From a virus (Duplodnaviria > Heunggongvirae > Uroviricota > Caudoviricetes), in IMG/VR virus record IMGVR_UViG_2698536379_000014: DNA of 5,567 bases; one strand, written 5' to 3'. Position numbers and translations under genes: made by a program. Every line of letters starts with the position of its first letter. Positions within the stretch are counted from its first letter, which is position 1. Below, one piece after another: positions 4,630-5,567 of the stretch. The notes beneath the pieces are model-generated. The model ran no database searches, was not told where the DNA came from, and worked only from the letters and a program-made list of their open reading frames with translations.

Positions 4630-5567
4630 GTGCGGGTATTACTTCGACCTGTTCTGGTACCGGAACTCGGGCTGGTGGCCCTTAAGCCAGGTCGTGAATC
4701 CATGCAGGTATTTCACAATACCCGGGTACTGGTGGAGCCGGAACCGAAAAGCATGCGTAATCTGCCGTCCGGGGTCGTTCCTGCCGTTCGCCAGCCGCTG
4801 GTGGAAGACAAAACATTGCTGCCATTTTTCAGCGACGAACGAGTGATTCGTGCTGCTGGTGGTGCTGGTGCATTGTCTGACTGGCTGTTGCGCCATATTA
4901 AATCCTGCCAGTGGCCACACGGCGATTATCACCACAGCGAAACTGTCATTCACCGTTATGGTACCGGCGCAATGGTGTTGTGCTGGCACTGCGACAACCA
5001 GTTGCGTGACCAGACCTCCGAATCACTCGGGCAACTTGCTCACCAAAATTTGTCAGCATGGATGATTGACGTCATACGCCATGCAATGAATGGCACGCAG
5101 GAGCGGGAATTATCTCTGGGTGAATTATCCTGGTGGGCGGTCTGCAATCAGGTGGCGGATGCGCTACCAGAGGCAGCATTACGTCGTTCTCTGGGGTTAC
5201 GTGCGGAAAAAATCCGCTCGGTGTACCGCGAAAGCGACATCATACCGGGAGAACAGACAGCCACCAGCATCCTGAAACAGCGCACAAAAAATCTTGCGCC
5301 GCTGCCTCACGCCCACCAGCAAAACCCGCCACAGGAAAAGACGGTGGTAAGCATTGCCGTTGATCCGGAGTCTCCGGAATCCTTCATGAAACGACCTAAA
5401 CGTCGCCGCTGGGTAAATGAGAAATACACACGCTGGGTAAAGACACAGCCGTGTGCGTGTTGTGGTAAGCCAGCGGACGATCCTCATCATCTGATTGGTC
5501 ATGGTCAGGGCGGAATGGGAACAAAATCCCACGATATTTTCACGCTACCGCTGTGTCGGGAGCATCA
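4630..5567 (+). CDS. DUF968/YdfU-like protein with two HNH-like Cys/His motifs (partial, continues beyond window)
   Basis: Frame open from GTG 4630 (GGAGG SD at 4621-4625; alternative ATG at 4702) to the window end with no stop. Motif 1: CQWPHGDYHHSETVIHRYGTGAMVLCWHCDNQLRD. Motif 2: CACCGKPADDPHHLIGHGQGGMGTKSHDIFTLPLCREH. Both look HNH-nuclease-like. The track missed it because it lacks a stop within the window. Confidence 0.75.
   Translation, partial: MRVLLRPVLVPELGLVALKPGRESMQVFHNTRVLVEPEPKSMRNLPSGVVPAVRQPLVEDKTLLPFFSDERVIRAAGGAGALSDWLLRHIKSCQWPHGDYHHSETVIHRYGTGAMVLCWHCDNQLRDQTSESLGQLAHQNLSAWMIDVIRHAMNGTQERELSLGELSWWAVCNQVADALPEAALRRSLGLRAEKIRSVYRESDIIPGEQTATSILKQRTKNLAPLPHAHQQNPPQEKTVVSIAVDPESPESFMKRPKRRRWVNEKYTRWVKTQPCACCGKPADDPHHLIGHGQGGMGTKSHDIFTLPLCREH

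Noticed and set aside
4224-5532. Minus-strand ORFs 4224..4703, 4639..4989 and 5197..5532, and + strand ORFs 4850..5065, 5090..5275 and 5133..5363
   Set aside because: All overlap the long uninterrupted frame 4630..>5567, which carries two recognisable HNH-like motifs. They are out of frame or antisense with Arg/Pro/Gly-rich translations typical of shadow ORFs.

Overview
This window reads as a lambdoid (Qin-like) prophage segment running from the replication module into the nin-like accessory region, with every supported gene on the + strand. It opens with a lambda-O-type replication initiator (94..1059) that carries a lambda-style origin inside its own coding sequence: five iterons at ~23-bp spacing followed by three 12-bp A+T-rich tandem repeats. 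A 141-aa basic protein follows (1100..1525), then a gene whose reading frame is broken (1522..1901). Next comes an AT-rich cluster of small genes (1952..2680), a 289-aa protein with a DUF551-like C-terminus (2691..3560), and two tiny hydrophobic ORFs (3557..3640, 3676..3780). The most distinctive element is an apparently complete hok/mok/sok-type type I toxin-antitoxin locus (about 3822..4277) with promoter, long-range 5'/3' mRNA complementarity, competing 5' hairpins and an intrinsic terminator. It is followed by a 92-aa ORF (4350..4628) and a partial DUF968/YdfU-like protein with two HNH-like motifs (4630..>5567). No rRNA, tRNA, CRISPR array or transposase was seen. All family assignments are from reading the translations and from memory, with no database search run.
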